Positions 37,501 through 48,407 of a stretch of DNA of 64,000 nucleotides are shown piece after piece. Positions within the stretch are counted from its first letter, which is position 1. Each line of letters starts with the position of its first letter. The notes under the pieces were generated by a model. That model saw only the letters and a list, made by a program, of their open reading frames with translations, was not told the DNA's origin and did not search any database. The DNA is taken from NCBI GenBank assembly GCA_973895155.1, contig OZ316899.1, positions 5,583,241 to 5,647,240 on the forward strand, read 5' to 3'. This DNA is from Marsupella aquatica. Its lineage: Eukaryota; Plantae; Marchantiophyta. Both the position numbers and the translations under genes were made by a program.

Positions 37501-40157
37501 CCGACAAAGGTATCGCCGCCGGCCTCACCTTCTTGTCGACCATCTTGTATTTGGTACTCGAGTATACAAGCACGGCCATAGACGAGTATTGCCTTTCCAA
37601 CTCCTTCTCCAGCTTGTCCCTTCCCAGGTTAGACTCCACACATTTGAGTGGCTCTTCCTCTCCATTATCCATCGTGTTTTCCCCTTCACAAGGAGCTAAG
37701 GAACGAGCACTCCGCCGATCCACTCTTTTCAGCGAAGTGCCAAGTTGTTTTCCGGACCTGGACCAGAGTCGGCACTCTCAGTCCTCAACCCTTTCCTATT
37801 CCTCTTGTTTCCAGGTAAAACAGCCGGAAATTGAACCACCTCTTTCCCATCTTTGCTCCAAACCTTCACCATGAAGGTAGTATCATCTAGAACCTTCGTC
37901 TCCATCCTCCACTCAGTGATGAACGGCATGCCCAGTATCACCGGAAACAACAAGTGCTCATGAACAAAAATGTTACAAGCCTGGTTGACATTCCCAAACT
38001 TCACCATCACATTCGGACATCCGCCCCAAAGATAGTCCTTCGTTGAACTCACCGAGTTCACACTCCAAAGCAACTCATTGTCCACCGGCCAATTCCCCTT
38101 TTGAAACACCTTTGGATCCATCAAGTTGATCTCCGAGCCAGTATCAATGAGCGCCCGCACCTTGCCTTCCATTCCTTCCAACTGGCACTCGCTCTCCAGA
38201 CTTGCTTGAGCCTAGATCCATCTCGGTAAGCATAACCATTTCCTTTCATTGAGCCCATGACATGAATGGTCCTCGACTGCGCGGTAATACTTTCCCGTTC
38301 TCCCCCTTTGGTCGGGTCCCTGTTTGCCATAGACTCAGCTTCGCTTCCGGTTCCCATGAGCTCCTCTTCCACATCGAAGAACTCATCGTCCAAGTTCATG
38401 AGCTCCTCTTCAAGGGACTTGACCCTCTTTGGTTCCCCCAAGTCTGACTCTTTGGGGCCAGCAAGCTCACTACCTGAACCCATGGACACCCAGCAGTGTA
38501 AGTTTGGAAACTCCCAATTTCCATCTCGCCAGCCTCCCCCATCAAGGTGTGAGGGCCCTCTTTGTAAATCCGTTTCCTCTTGGATCTCTCCAAGATCGCT
38601 TCTTGGATCTCCCGCCTCATACTGCCAAAGAACTCAGCGTTGGTAAACCCTTGAGTCTGTTGGCTCCAGAACTTCTCAGCTACAACCTCCGGGTACATGG
38701 CCTGGTCCACGTCCCTGCCAAGCACCCAGCCTGGGTCCTTCCTGATCGGTTTCCCTTTCTCCGACTCTTTCTCGCTCATTTCCTCTTCTTCAAACCCAAC
38801 CCTCCTTTCCTTGTCTCGAGTATCCCACCTCTCTCGTTCCCCTGATTGAGACGGAGTGTCATCCTCGTCGGTTTTCTTCCTTTTTGACTTGACCAAGGCA
38901 TCCCAACTAGCCCCAACCTCAACCGTTATTGCATTGATCAGCACCGGGTCACTCCATCCGGATCTCTCTCGCACCAGATCCGCCAAGCGCTTGTAAAACT
39001 TGTCCATTTTTGTCACGGGGCCATCCAACTCCACATTGTAAACATTCGCTTCCAGGTGCGAAGAGGACGCCTCTTTGACTCGCTTCCCAGCTCACTTCTC
39101 AGCCAAAGCCTTCATGCCTCCCTTGTTGGAGTTGAATGGAATCGGCTCCTCAGTATTGGCAACGATATCTTTTTCTGACCAACTTCACCGACAAACTTGA
39201 TCAGCCCTTTATCCGTAGCTTCCCTCAGGTCCAAGCACTCTCGTTTGTCATGCTATTTGCTGTCGCACCACATGCATGGCCAACTCTGCATCTCTCGCTT
39301 CCTCTCGGGAGCACTTGCAACCCTTGGTTTTGGATTCTCGACCGCATGTACCGCCAAGATCTTCAGGTTCTGCATCATTTCTGCGAGATCATCCACCGAT
39401 GGTTTGATCTCATCCTTTGCTGGTTCTCGCTTCCCTTTCCTCAATATCGGTTCGGTTCCGGAGGCCTTAGATCGAGAGTGGTAGCCTCCTTGTCTAGCTC
39501 TCGCCACCGGTGTCAATTGCTCACTTTTGACACCGCCTTCTCAACTTGGTTCCAGCCGTTAGACAAGGTAACTCTCGAAGGTTCCAGCAGCTCCATCGTA
39601 TTCTCAAGCTCCTCTCAAAGGTCCTCATTGGCTGCCCTCAAGAAGAGCGTCGAGCACTGCAACTCGATGATTCCCACATCCCGCTTTGGTAACTGAGACA
39701 CCCTTCTCTTGAACTCCCTTAGGAGCTCTTGCGGCCCCTTCAGCTTCTTGTTCCTGTCATTCACCCAATCCAAGAAGGTAGCCTGCGTGACCCGATCAGC
39801 ATCCTCCACTTGGAACTCCTCTTTCATCTTCTCGTCAAAGTCATCCCAGCCCTCAACTGACTCAACGATGGTCCGCACCGTCGAACTCAACTCCTTCTCA
39901 ACCAGCACCATGAACTCTTTCACGGCTGTCCCTTTGTCCAACTTGTAGACAGCTGCATCTGTCAAGTAAGACTTAAGGTAGCTTGTCACATTTCTTCCAT
40001 CGAACTGCCCATTCTCCTTCAAAACCTCTTGGAGACACCGAGTAGTTCTATTCGCTTCCCTGTTTGCCCTTTCCGACTCAAGCTCTTCCTTCCTTATGGT
40101 TCTCATCATTGACATGACGATGCTTGATATCCGATCGACTTCGTCATAGTCACCCAT
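34520..40157 (-). pseudogene. gag-pol: Gypsy gag-pro / pol pseudogene
   Basis: Gag FDGRNVTSYL; knuckle CMWCDSK*HDKREC; ALIDTGSEINLM; RT PFIDDVPIKG; RNase H VDASPF..NPVADMLSR; H..GHKG..C..C; rve core; WQGPY. Confidence 0.95.
37707..37753 (-). promoter_or_regulatory. Putative programmed -1 frameshift signal between protease and RT
   Basis: G_GAA_AAC (37753-37747), 6-nt spacer, then a 12-bp stem GCACTTCGCTGA/TCGGCGGAGTGC. The zero frame stops inside the stem. The -1 frame continues into ORF 37349..37723. Confidence 0.7.
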
Positions 40158-40179
40158 CTCATCCAATCGCCCCAAGGAC

Positions 40180-40197
40180 TCCCCAGTATGGTCGCCA
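40180..40197 (-). promoter_or_regulatory. PBS, tRNA-Arg type
   Basis: TGGCGACCATACTGGGGA lies 1 nt from the 5' LTR and resembles the complement of plant tRNA-Arg 3' ends. Confidence 0.75.
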
Positions 40198-40198
40198 A

Positions 40199-41049
40199 TG
40201 TCGCGAGGACTTAAAGTTAGGGGCTCCTCGGGCAAACTACGCAATTTTGGCTGCGATCGGGATAGGTGACAAGCACTTTTCGGAGCAAACCCTCACTCCT
40301 TTATATTTTTTACTTTTCTCACAAAGGTTACAATAGGTGCCCTCGAGTAAGCTTGCCCGCAAGAGTTTGATAGCTGGCCCTATGGCGGGCCGCTACCTCT
40401 AACTTGTCGAGTAGAACTCCTCAAGTGACTAACTACTCAAAAATCTGATGGAAAAACTATCCTCCTTAGCTCACAAAACCAAAAACTCGACTAGCTACTC
40501 CACTAGTCTAAAATAGCTCGCACGGAACTCGGGCCTCGACCAACGAGGCTCCAAACTCAAGAAATCCTTGCCTGGATCGACAAGACTCCAAACTTGAGAA
40601 ATCCCCGCCTAGATCAACGAGACTCCTGACTCGAGAAATTCCCTGCTTGGATCAAAAACTCCCCACCTGGATCAAAAACTCACTCAGAACTCCAAAACTG
40701 TCGCACAATAGTTGAGTTCCGCAGAACGGAGCGGAACTCACAGAGCGCAACTCAACAGATCTCAATAGATAATCGCCAACCTCAATGAGCCGAGGCTCAA
40801 GTCTTAAGTAGCATCGGAAACCCAACCATCCAGCCTGAGCCAGCTGCCATCAGCGAGGCTCATCCAAACTCCAAGCCTAGTGACTCACCCAAACACCAAA
40901 CCTGGTGACGACGAGTCACCCAATCACCAAACCTCAATCCATCCAACCAAGCAGCCCCTCCGAGTCAACATGCATGCAACCCAACCGGGAGGCCTCGCCC
41001 ATCATCCCCTATAAAAGCCATTCCTGAGCCAAAATCTTTCGGCACGACA
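40199..41049 (-). repeat. Gypsy 5' LTR
   Basis: Direct repeat of 33451-34301. Confidence 0.97.
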
Positions 41050-41633
41050 CCGTCTCAACTCGGGAGTTTACGTCCTTGACGTCTTCTGGCCGAGATGTCA
41101 AAGTCGTCAAAACCTTCAAAATATCTCCCAAAACTATTTTTAACTCCTTAACCTGATCTCCAAAAATGCTGAAAGTTTTCTAGCTCTTTCTACTACATAT
41201 AATCTCCACTATGGAAAACTTTTAGACTTTTTGGACTAATCTAAGTCTACCAATAAAATATTTAAAGATACCAATTTAGTATAAACAGAAAACTATTCTA
41301 AGTGTCAAATAACCAAAGTGTTAATATGCAAAACAAAAATGACCCTAACTTTCTAACAACATGTCCGTTTTTCCTGACATTTTTTTGGGTAGATTTTCTA
41401 TCTAAAATCTACCTATTCATAAAAAATTCAGAGTTTTTCATGACCTACAAATATTTGATTAAAATATTATAAAGACTGCTATACCTTAAAACTATCACTA
41501 TTAACTTCTCACTCAATCTTCTAGGTTCAAAGTTTATCAAGGCCTAAAGCCTTCAACTACACTGAAATTACACACAAAAAGGTAACTATAAGTCTTAATA
41601 AATTCAAAAATTAACTAACAGCCCTATGTGACA

Positions 41634-43522
41634 CCTTTAAGGGGGCGCATAGTGATCTTTGCTTCTTGGCCTCTCCTTTGGCCTTCTCAGTCTTCTCAAA
41701 AGGCGGTGTGTAAAGCTCCTGTTTGCGGGCTCTAGCCTTGAAATTATTGTGTGATATAGAATCCTCATATTCCAACATCTCAACATCAGATTTTGCATGA
41801 AATGAGAAGGACTCATTGTTCCCATCACGCAAATTAGCAGCAGGGGGGCCCTCTAGTACCCTGCCCGCAGCATTTCCAGGGGAAAAGTTGGGCCCCAGTG
41901 CAGGGGCCATGGTATCAAGCGGAGGACACTGGACCGGAATGAGCTCTTGTGAGTCCGTAATGCAGCCAACAGCTTCCAAAGATGGTAGCAACTCCACCTC
42001 CCAATCACTCCTTCCCAGGTTGGCAGTCTTAGCCCAAAAGCTAGTTTTCTCATTCTGCAATGTAGAAGGGGCCAACAGCTCGACCCCCAAGGGTGCCCAA
42101 TGATCCAAAAGTTGCTCGACTTTAGCAATATCCACCACCCCCAATAAGGGGAAAACCTCGAGAGGGGCCACCTTAGCCACCCAGAACAGTGCCCATGCTT
42201 CAACATTGGCTTCCGCACATAGCACCTCCTCATGGTCCGCCTCTGAATGTCGGTCATCGTCTTTCTCCTCTGGGGGGTCCACAACTGATCTCCGCGCTCC
42301 AGCAGCCTCCACGTCTTCTTTACAGTTCCTGGAGGTGACCTCTTTGATTACAACAATAGTAGTGATAAGGAATGTTTTTAAAACTCACCGGTTGCTAAAT
42401 AACGATGTCCTCACGGATCCAAATCTTAACACTGGCCGACACTTCTCTATCTGTATCCCAAAGTATGCAGGCCTGATTGTGTGGGTACAAGCTGAATTTG
42501 TGCCCTTGGATATAGTAAAGCAGAGTCCCTAATGAGCTAGCTATCTTCCTTCTGCAGCCCTCCAATGCTGGGTCACAAAACGGGATCTCAATCCATACAG
42601 GAAGTTTAGTAAAGTTCTCACATTTTACATCAAATGATGGATCCCATGGGAAAGTGTATACAAATCGTCTCTCCATGAACCAGGGCACATAATTGAGAGC
42701 TAGATCTCTATGGTCAGGGTTTTCAAAAAATATCATGTAGAAATTCTTCCCTACAAATTTAACTTGTAAGACCGGCCAATTCTCTTGATTTGTCATCACC
42801 TCATCAACCCATGCTCTGAAGTCCGTGAGGAGCGGCGTTCTTCCAGTAAAGTAGCATATCAACGCACAATTATATAGCTGCCTCACATTCTGTGCTGCTT
42901 CCGGAAGGTTCCATTCCACCTCAGTTAACAACCATTTATCCAAATCACCTTTTGATCTGATCACAACTTCATGCAAGATCCTAATGCAGTCTTCTGGTTC
43001 TTCTTCCTCCAGAGAATCTGCTCGCATCTCCTCATTCTCTTGTGGCACCGCGCTCCCCTTTGATGCACAACCAAAGCCAACATTTGCGCCTCTCCTCTCC
43101 GTTCCTCTATCCCATGGCTGAAGAACACTTCTATCCAGCCATGTTCCCGTTGTCGCATCTAGGGTCCTTGGTAATCTTGTTCCCATCTCCGCGTTTAGCT
43201 CAGGTCTTGTTTCCATAGCACGACGCTCAATGTCCATCATATTATCATGAGACGGGTCCCCGACAATGGTTGGCAAAGTCAAGGTTGGATCAATCCACCC
43301 CGAACGCGCATCTTGCACAGAGAATTCCACCGGAGGTCCTCTGCCCTCCATTCCCATCACCGGCATTTTCTCCACAGCCTAAATAGGTAACCATAGTTCC
43401 ATGTTATTAGCACAAGGACACACCTGCATCATCCGTGCAGCTCATCCACCAGCAAAACTCCCTCCTTGAGAGCTTCTACGGCTTGGGGAACCGTAATAGT
43501 CTATCCCTTGTTCACCCATCAT
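41634..43522 (-). pseudogene. L1-type LINE ORF1 (DUF4283 plus decayed zinc knuckle); ORF2 absent
   Basis: ALICYFTGRTP..VGKNFYMIFFENPDHRDLAL..PWF..FPWDPSFD..LPVWIEIP..IASSLG, followed by NIPYHYYCCNQRGH and a low-complexity tail. Confidence 0.85.
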
Positions 43523-43732
43523 ACTAACTTCTTCTATTGATTGATTGCAGTATCATCCACTCAAGAAAAATAGAGTCAAAGTCTTCTCTTACTTACCCCG
43601 GATTCAGTCGGCCGTCCGAAGCCACACGCAACACTCGACTCCATAATCGCCTTTCTTTCACTCTATAGTGCTTGGACAATACTCTTCTTGGTTACTCCTT
43701 ATAAACTCAAACAATCTCAGAGGTCACAGACT

Positions 43733-46700
43733 TGTGATGCCTAGCCAGGAATCACTAGGCCAGCTTAAATAGTAAAATCAGTAGTGTACCCTCGAAACAC
43801 ATTAGCAAAGCAACAAAAAACTGGAAAATATAAACAATTAAGGATGATTATGAAACCCGAGCCGAGACCGGAAGTAAGGATGCTGGGGGAGGGAACACAA
43901 TTAGGGTTAGGGCGCGCTAAGTACCGGCGGCTATGGGTAACCAATAGGGAGGAAGACCAGGCAAAGGGAGGGGGGTAAGGACCGATCGCAAGGTATGGTG
44001 GCTCATTTGCAAGCACGAACTAAGCAGACAACTACGGGAGGCCAACTACTATCAGCTGCTTAGGCAAGCACTCAGGGTGGGAGCAGATACCGACAATCAA
44101 CTCAAGAAGGGTATGAGCAACGTCAATCAAGCTGCACATTTTTTGAGATGCTTGTTCGAACGAGCAACTGAGTACATTGGGACCTACGAAGACGAAGAAT
44201 CAGAGAGAGCAGCTCGAGAAAGGCAGAAGCTCGCTCGACTGTGGGAGCTACAGAAGTCTGCCTTCTAAGGAGGAGAACTCATCAAGGCTGAATTCCTATG
44301 GACACCTACTGGCGACAAGCTAGACGACCTTCTGTTTTGCGAGAACAAAATTGTCAGCATCCGGGAGGCCATCAATCACTGCAATGACATACACTAAGAG
44401 TTGAAGGGTAGCACGGAGGGGTGGACGAAGGCAACCGTGCTAGGAGAAACATCCACGGCAGCTGCTATGAAGAGGAAAGGGAACATCAATGAAGAGGCCA
44501 CCCCTGCAAAAAGAACGAGGTTGGCGGCACCTAGGAAGCCAGCCAAGTAGGGAAGCAGGAGGCAGGGAGAAGTCAAAGAAGAGGAGGTTGATCCCATCAA
44601 TGTCATTCCAACAAGAGATGACACCTAGAAAGGCTGGGCGGCGACCCTCCCCGAGGAAGTGCAACTACACTTTGCACGGGAAGAGGATGCATGCTTTACG
44701 ACTATGCAGACTCGGAAATACCAGGGCTTCATGGCCAGATCCGGCTTGGAAGCCTTCGTGAAATTACCATGGTTGAAGCCGGAGGTGCCAGATTCAGACT
44801 TATTAGAATTCGTGGGATCATGGGAGCCCGAGACCAATTCCACAAGGGTGTATGGGAAGGATTTCTATCTCACTCCCTGGGTGATTACCAAAGCGTTTGG
44901 CTCGCCAATGGGCAATAAGACCAAAGTAGATACTAGGAAGACCTTGCCAGACAAGGAGTTCCGGTCGTTTCCAGGGCCATCAACAAAGAATGGCTTCTTC
45001 CGAAACACCTGCACCAACCCGCACATCGGAGAAATGATTGATTTCTTGCGGGTAACCATGCACTGCAACTTGCCGAGGGCAAAGATTGGCAAGGAACAAG
45101 TCTACCTAGCAGAGAGGCCAGACCCAAGCCGGGACTACACCGGGTATCTCCTCACCCAACTGAAGAAGATCTTGAAGGAGGAACAGCAGGTGATCGACAT
45201 GGGAAGCGTGTCCCAGCTTGGCTATCACATGCCGCTATTGTGCCGGTATGCCCGAAGTCAGATCTTTGCCCTGGTACTTCCACTGCAGGCAAGGGCACCA
45301 GAGGAGGTTCCGGAACAGAGGCCGGCAATAGAGAAACCAAACCAGCCCAACAGTCCTACAATCAAGCAGGTGTTTAGGCCGAGGATGGAAGACTTGCCAA
45401 TGCAGCAACCAGGCATGCAGAATCTGCTAAAATTGCTGGAGAAGGAAAAGAGAACGGCAACAGCAACGGCACAGGTACATGACACTACTTCAGAGGTCGG
45501 CCTAAGCCGACTCATGAAGGAAAACCCCTTTACTGGAGCCAAGCAAAGAAGGAGGCCGGAACACGAGCTGGGGGTTTGAATGTATGTAGGAGCCTTGAGT
45601 CCAGAAGCCGAGGGAAGGCAGCCTAAGGCTCCTGTTCACGGGAAACAAAGGGAGAAGATAGCCTGGAAGCCGGAGGAGGAACTAGGACCTGTGAGCTATG
45701 ATCGGCAGGAAGCCGTGTTCACAGCAAGACCAGGAGAGCAGCGAGGGGAGTCGGTAGTCCAAGTTGGGGAGGAGGTAGTGGAGGACTATGGTAATGATGA
45801 CTCCGGCTACGGGTCGGACCATCATGTCCTAGGAATAAGGACCTGTGGCTGTTTCATCCCTACGCTTCCAAGAGTAGTTCGAGGGGACCCAACCCAGCAA
45901 AGTAGCTCCGAGTCTCCCCCACCAGATGTCGCTCCCCCGAGCTTTGACGGCATAAAAGAGACGGCACAAGAATTTTAGGAGCGACTCAGGGAGGAAGAGA
46001 AGGCAGCCCTGGCTAGGGAGAAAGATTTACTAGGAGGATAATGGCCAAAGGACATCAGGCGGCTTGCAGAAAAACAAAGCAGCCCTCCAGCCACGATAGA
46101 AGAAATCCGCAAGGCGGCTTGGGAACAAAGGCCGCGGTGGTTGATGCCGATGACTTCTACTCACTCCACCTATGCTAAAGAAAGAGCCATGGAGTACGGG
46201 GAGATGTGTGGGGAACTTGCGCTCAGCATCTTTGGGGAGGAGTTGGAGTAGGGACCCTTTTTCCAAAGGGAGATGTTGGAAAAATGCCGATTAGAAGAAG
46301 TGGTGGCTTTGGAGAGAAGAAAGAAAGACAAGGTCATCCATCGGCTTAGGGCAAGGGAAGCCAAGGTGGAAGACCTGAAGGCGGACAGGAAAGCCCAAGA
46401 TGAGCTGCGGATTAAGTGGCATGAGCTAAACATCATGCAGGGGCAATTGGATACCGCTCAGTCTGATAATCAGATTATCAAGGATAAACTGACTCGAACC
46501 TAGGGGGAGTTGGCCGATGTGGTCAAGGAGAGGGAGAAGTGGAAGCGGGAGCTAAGGGACGCAGAGGAGGCCCACATAGCAGCCAACAATCGGGCCATGG
46601 CGGAAACCCAGAGAAGAGAGAGGGCGTTGAAGGGGGAGCTCGAGGATATCTGTGGAGCCCTCAAGCAAAAGAAGGCCGAGTTAGGGAAATCCTATCAAGG

Positions 46701-48407
46701 GATTACTGTGTTGCAACAAGAGCTTGCATCCCTAACGGCCAACTTCAAGGCCAACCTGCGTGAGAAAGACGACCAGCTTGATCAGACTTATGCCAAGATG
46801 AATAAAATGGAGTCTGAGGTTGTAACGGAGCTCGACAAGGAGCTAAGAGCAACCCAGGAGGAGAGGGCTACCTTAAAGAAGGAGTTGGAGGAAGCCCAGA
46901 AGGAGTTGGAGGAGGCGTGCAAGGACCTGGACAAAGTGCAGGAGGAGTTGGAGGAAAGCACGAGGAAGATGGAGAACTTAGAGCGGCGAGCCGACAACCA
47001 AACGGAGCGGCTAAAGAAACAAGCCGCAGTATTTAAGTGCTTGGCTTCATCAAGTCCAACTCCAATTGGGGCAACCAAGTTTCCAGGAGTAGTACTGGCC
47101 AAGGGACAAGCCGCAACACTCGTACTGGTGCCGGAAGTAAGTGGCAAGGGGAAGGGACCAGCTGCCAAACCAGGGAAGAAGAAGAAGCAGAAACCTTCTG
47201 GATCAGGGAGTAATGGGGCTTCTCAAGCCGTCGTGACCAAGGAGGTAAACCCGGCACCAACCGCAGGCAGGGTCACGGTAAAGGATTCAACTGCCCTAGA
47301 AGGTGGGAATGGCAAAGCCGAGGCCAAGACACTCAGTGATGAAGCCGGGGTACCGGATCCACCACTAGAGCATGTCGGGGAGGCCGTAGCCGTATTAGAG
47401 GCCGTGGCCGATGCTGAGGCCAAAGCCGAGGGTGGACCCGATCAGGCCGCGGGTGAGTTGACTGGGTCCGGGGTAGGTAATCTGTTAGAGGACGGACCTA
47501 CGGCAGTGGTCACGGAGGAAGCATTGGGGGCGTCCATTGAGAATCAGCCACCGCTACCATGACAGTGGTGGAGGGCCACTCCTTTTAAGGAGGGCGGACA
47601 TGGAGGGAGGAGACGTGAGTGGGCAGGGCGGGCTCAGATCTCCAAGTTTAGAATTAGGATCAGGACCAAGAAACGGCCCTGATACTTAGATTAGTGGGAT
47701 TGTGGATCCACTGGTAAGAGCAACACTTGTGCTCCTGTCTCGCTGTACATAGGTAGATTACAGTTAGGATAGATTAGGCTTACGCTGCAAGGAATTAGAC
47801 GGATCCACTGCCAGGATAAGAAGATGGGTAGTGGGGAGTTAAGGGCCTTCTTCTTTAGCAAGTTTTTAGTGCACCAGTAGGGCCGGGATCAAGTAGTAAA
47901 AGAAGCTCTCGGTTAGTTATACAGTAACCCTTGTGTATATTCATGTTTCCTCATGCCTAAGAGCTGAATAGAGTTGGCCTCACGGCTTAGTTCGCAGACC
48001 TTGTATATGAGAAGTACTGTTTGTATGGCAAGTGCATGGTATAATTCAGTCAGAAGGAGTCATGAATTTTGCTATTTGTGTGTTTCATTAACTTGTTTGA
48101 AGATTGACCACATCAACCAAGAGAAGGGAGTAAGCAAGGTAGTAAGAGTTGGATGTGTCGAGCTGAGAGAGGTCTTAGCGGCTTACCCAAGCCAGTTGGG
48201 GATCATTCCGATGGCAAAATCCAAACATATCTAAAGATAAGGAGAGGAAGACAAGGGAAGGCATAGAATAGGCCGGCTACGTATCTCATGACCCGATGAA
48301 GGATCTGTCCAGTATATGTGTGTAAAATGTTAGTAGAAGAGAGTTAGCAGTGTCCCATGCCGCTAAGCCGCGAAACCGGCCTCGCCGAGAGCAAAACCTG
48401 CGGGAAT
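43733..48407 (+). mobile_element. Second copy of the 4.7-kb ORF-containing LTR, lacking the last ~52 bp
   Basis: Colinear with 11765-16403 (roughly 85-90% identical by eye). Same TGTGATGCCTAGCC start. Confidence 0.9.
43850..47562 (+). pseudogene. LTR-encoded long ORF, copy 2 (~1,237 codons)
   Basis: Pieces 44077..44268, 44659..45579, 45580..45978, 46273..46503 and 46510..47562 all lie in one frame, separated by point stops. One G-run frameshift at ~43972. Confidence 0.85.

Larger units (their letters stand above)
33451..41049 (-). mobile_element. Full-length Ty3/gypsy LTR retrotransposon (no chromodomain), 7,599 bp
   Basis: 851-bp LTRs at 33451-34301 and 40199-41049. TSD CCGT (33447-50, 41050-53). 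PBS TGGCGACCATACTGGGGA, PPT GGGGGAGAA (34302-34310), and gag-PR-RT-RH-INT on the minus strand. Confidence 0.97.

Noticed and set aside
46273-47562. Host SMC/myosin/tropomyosin-like gene
   Set aside because: The coiled coil is intronless, lacks ATPase or motor motifs, and lies inside a repeated LTR.
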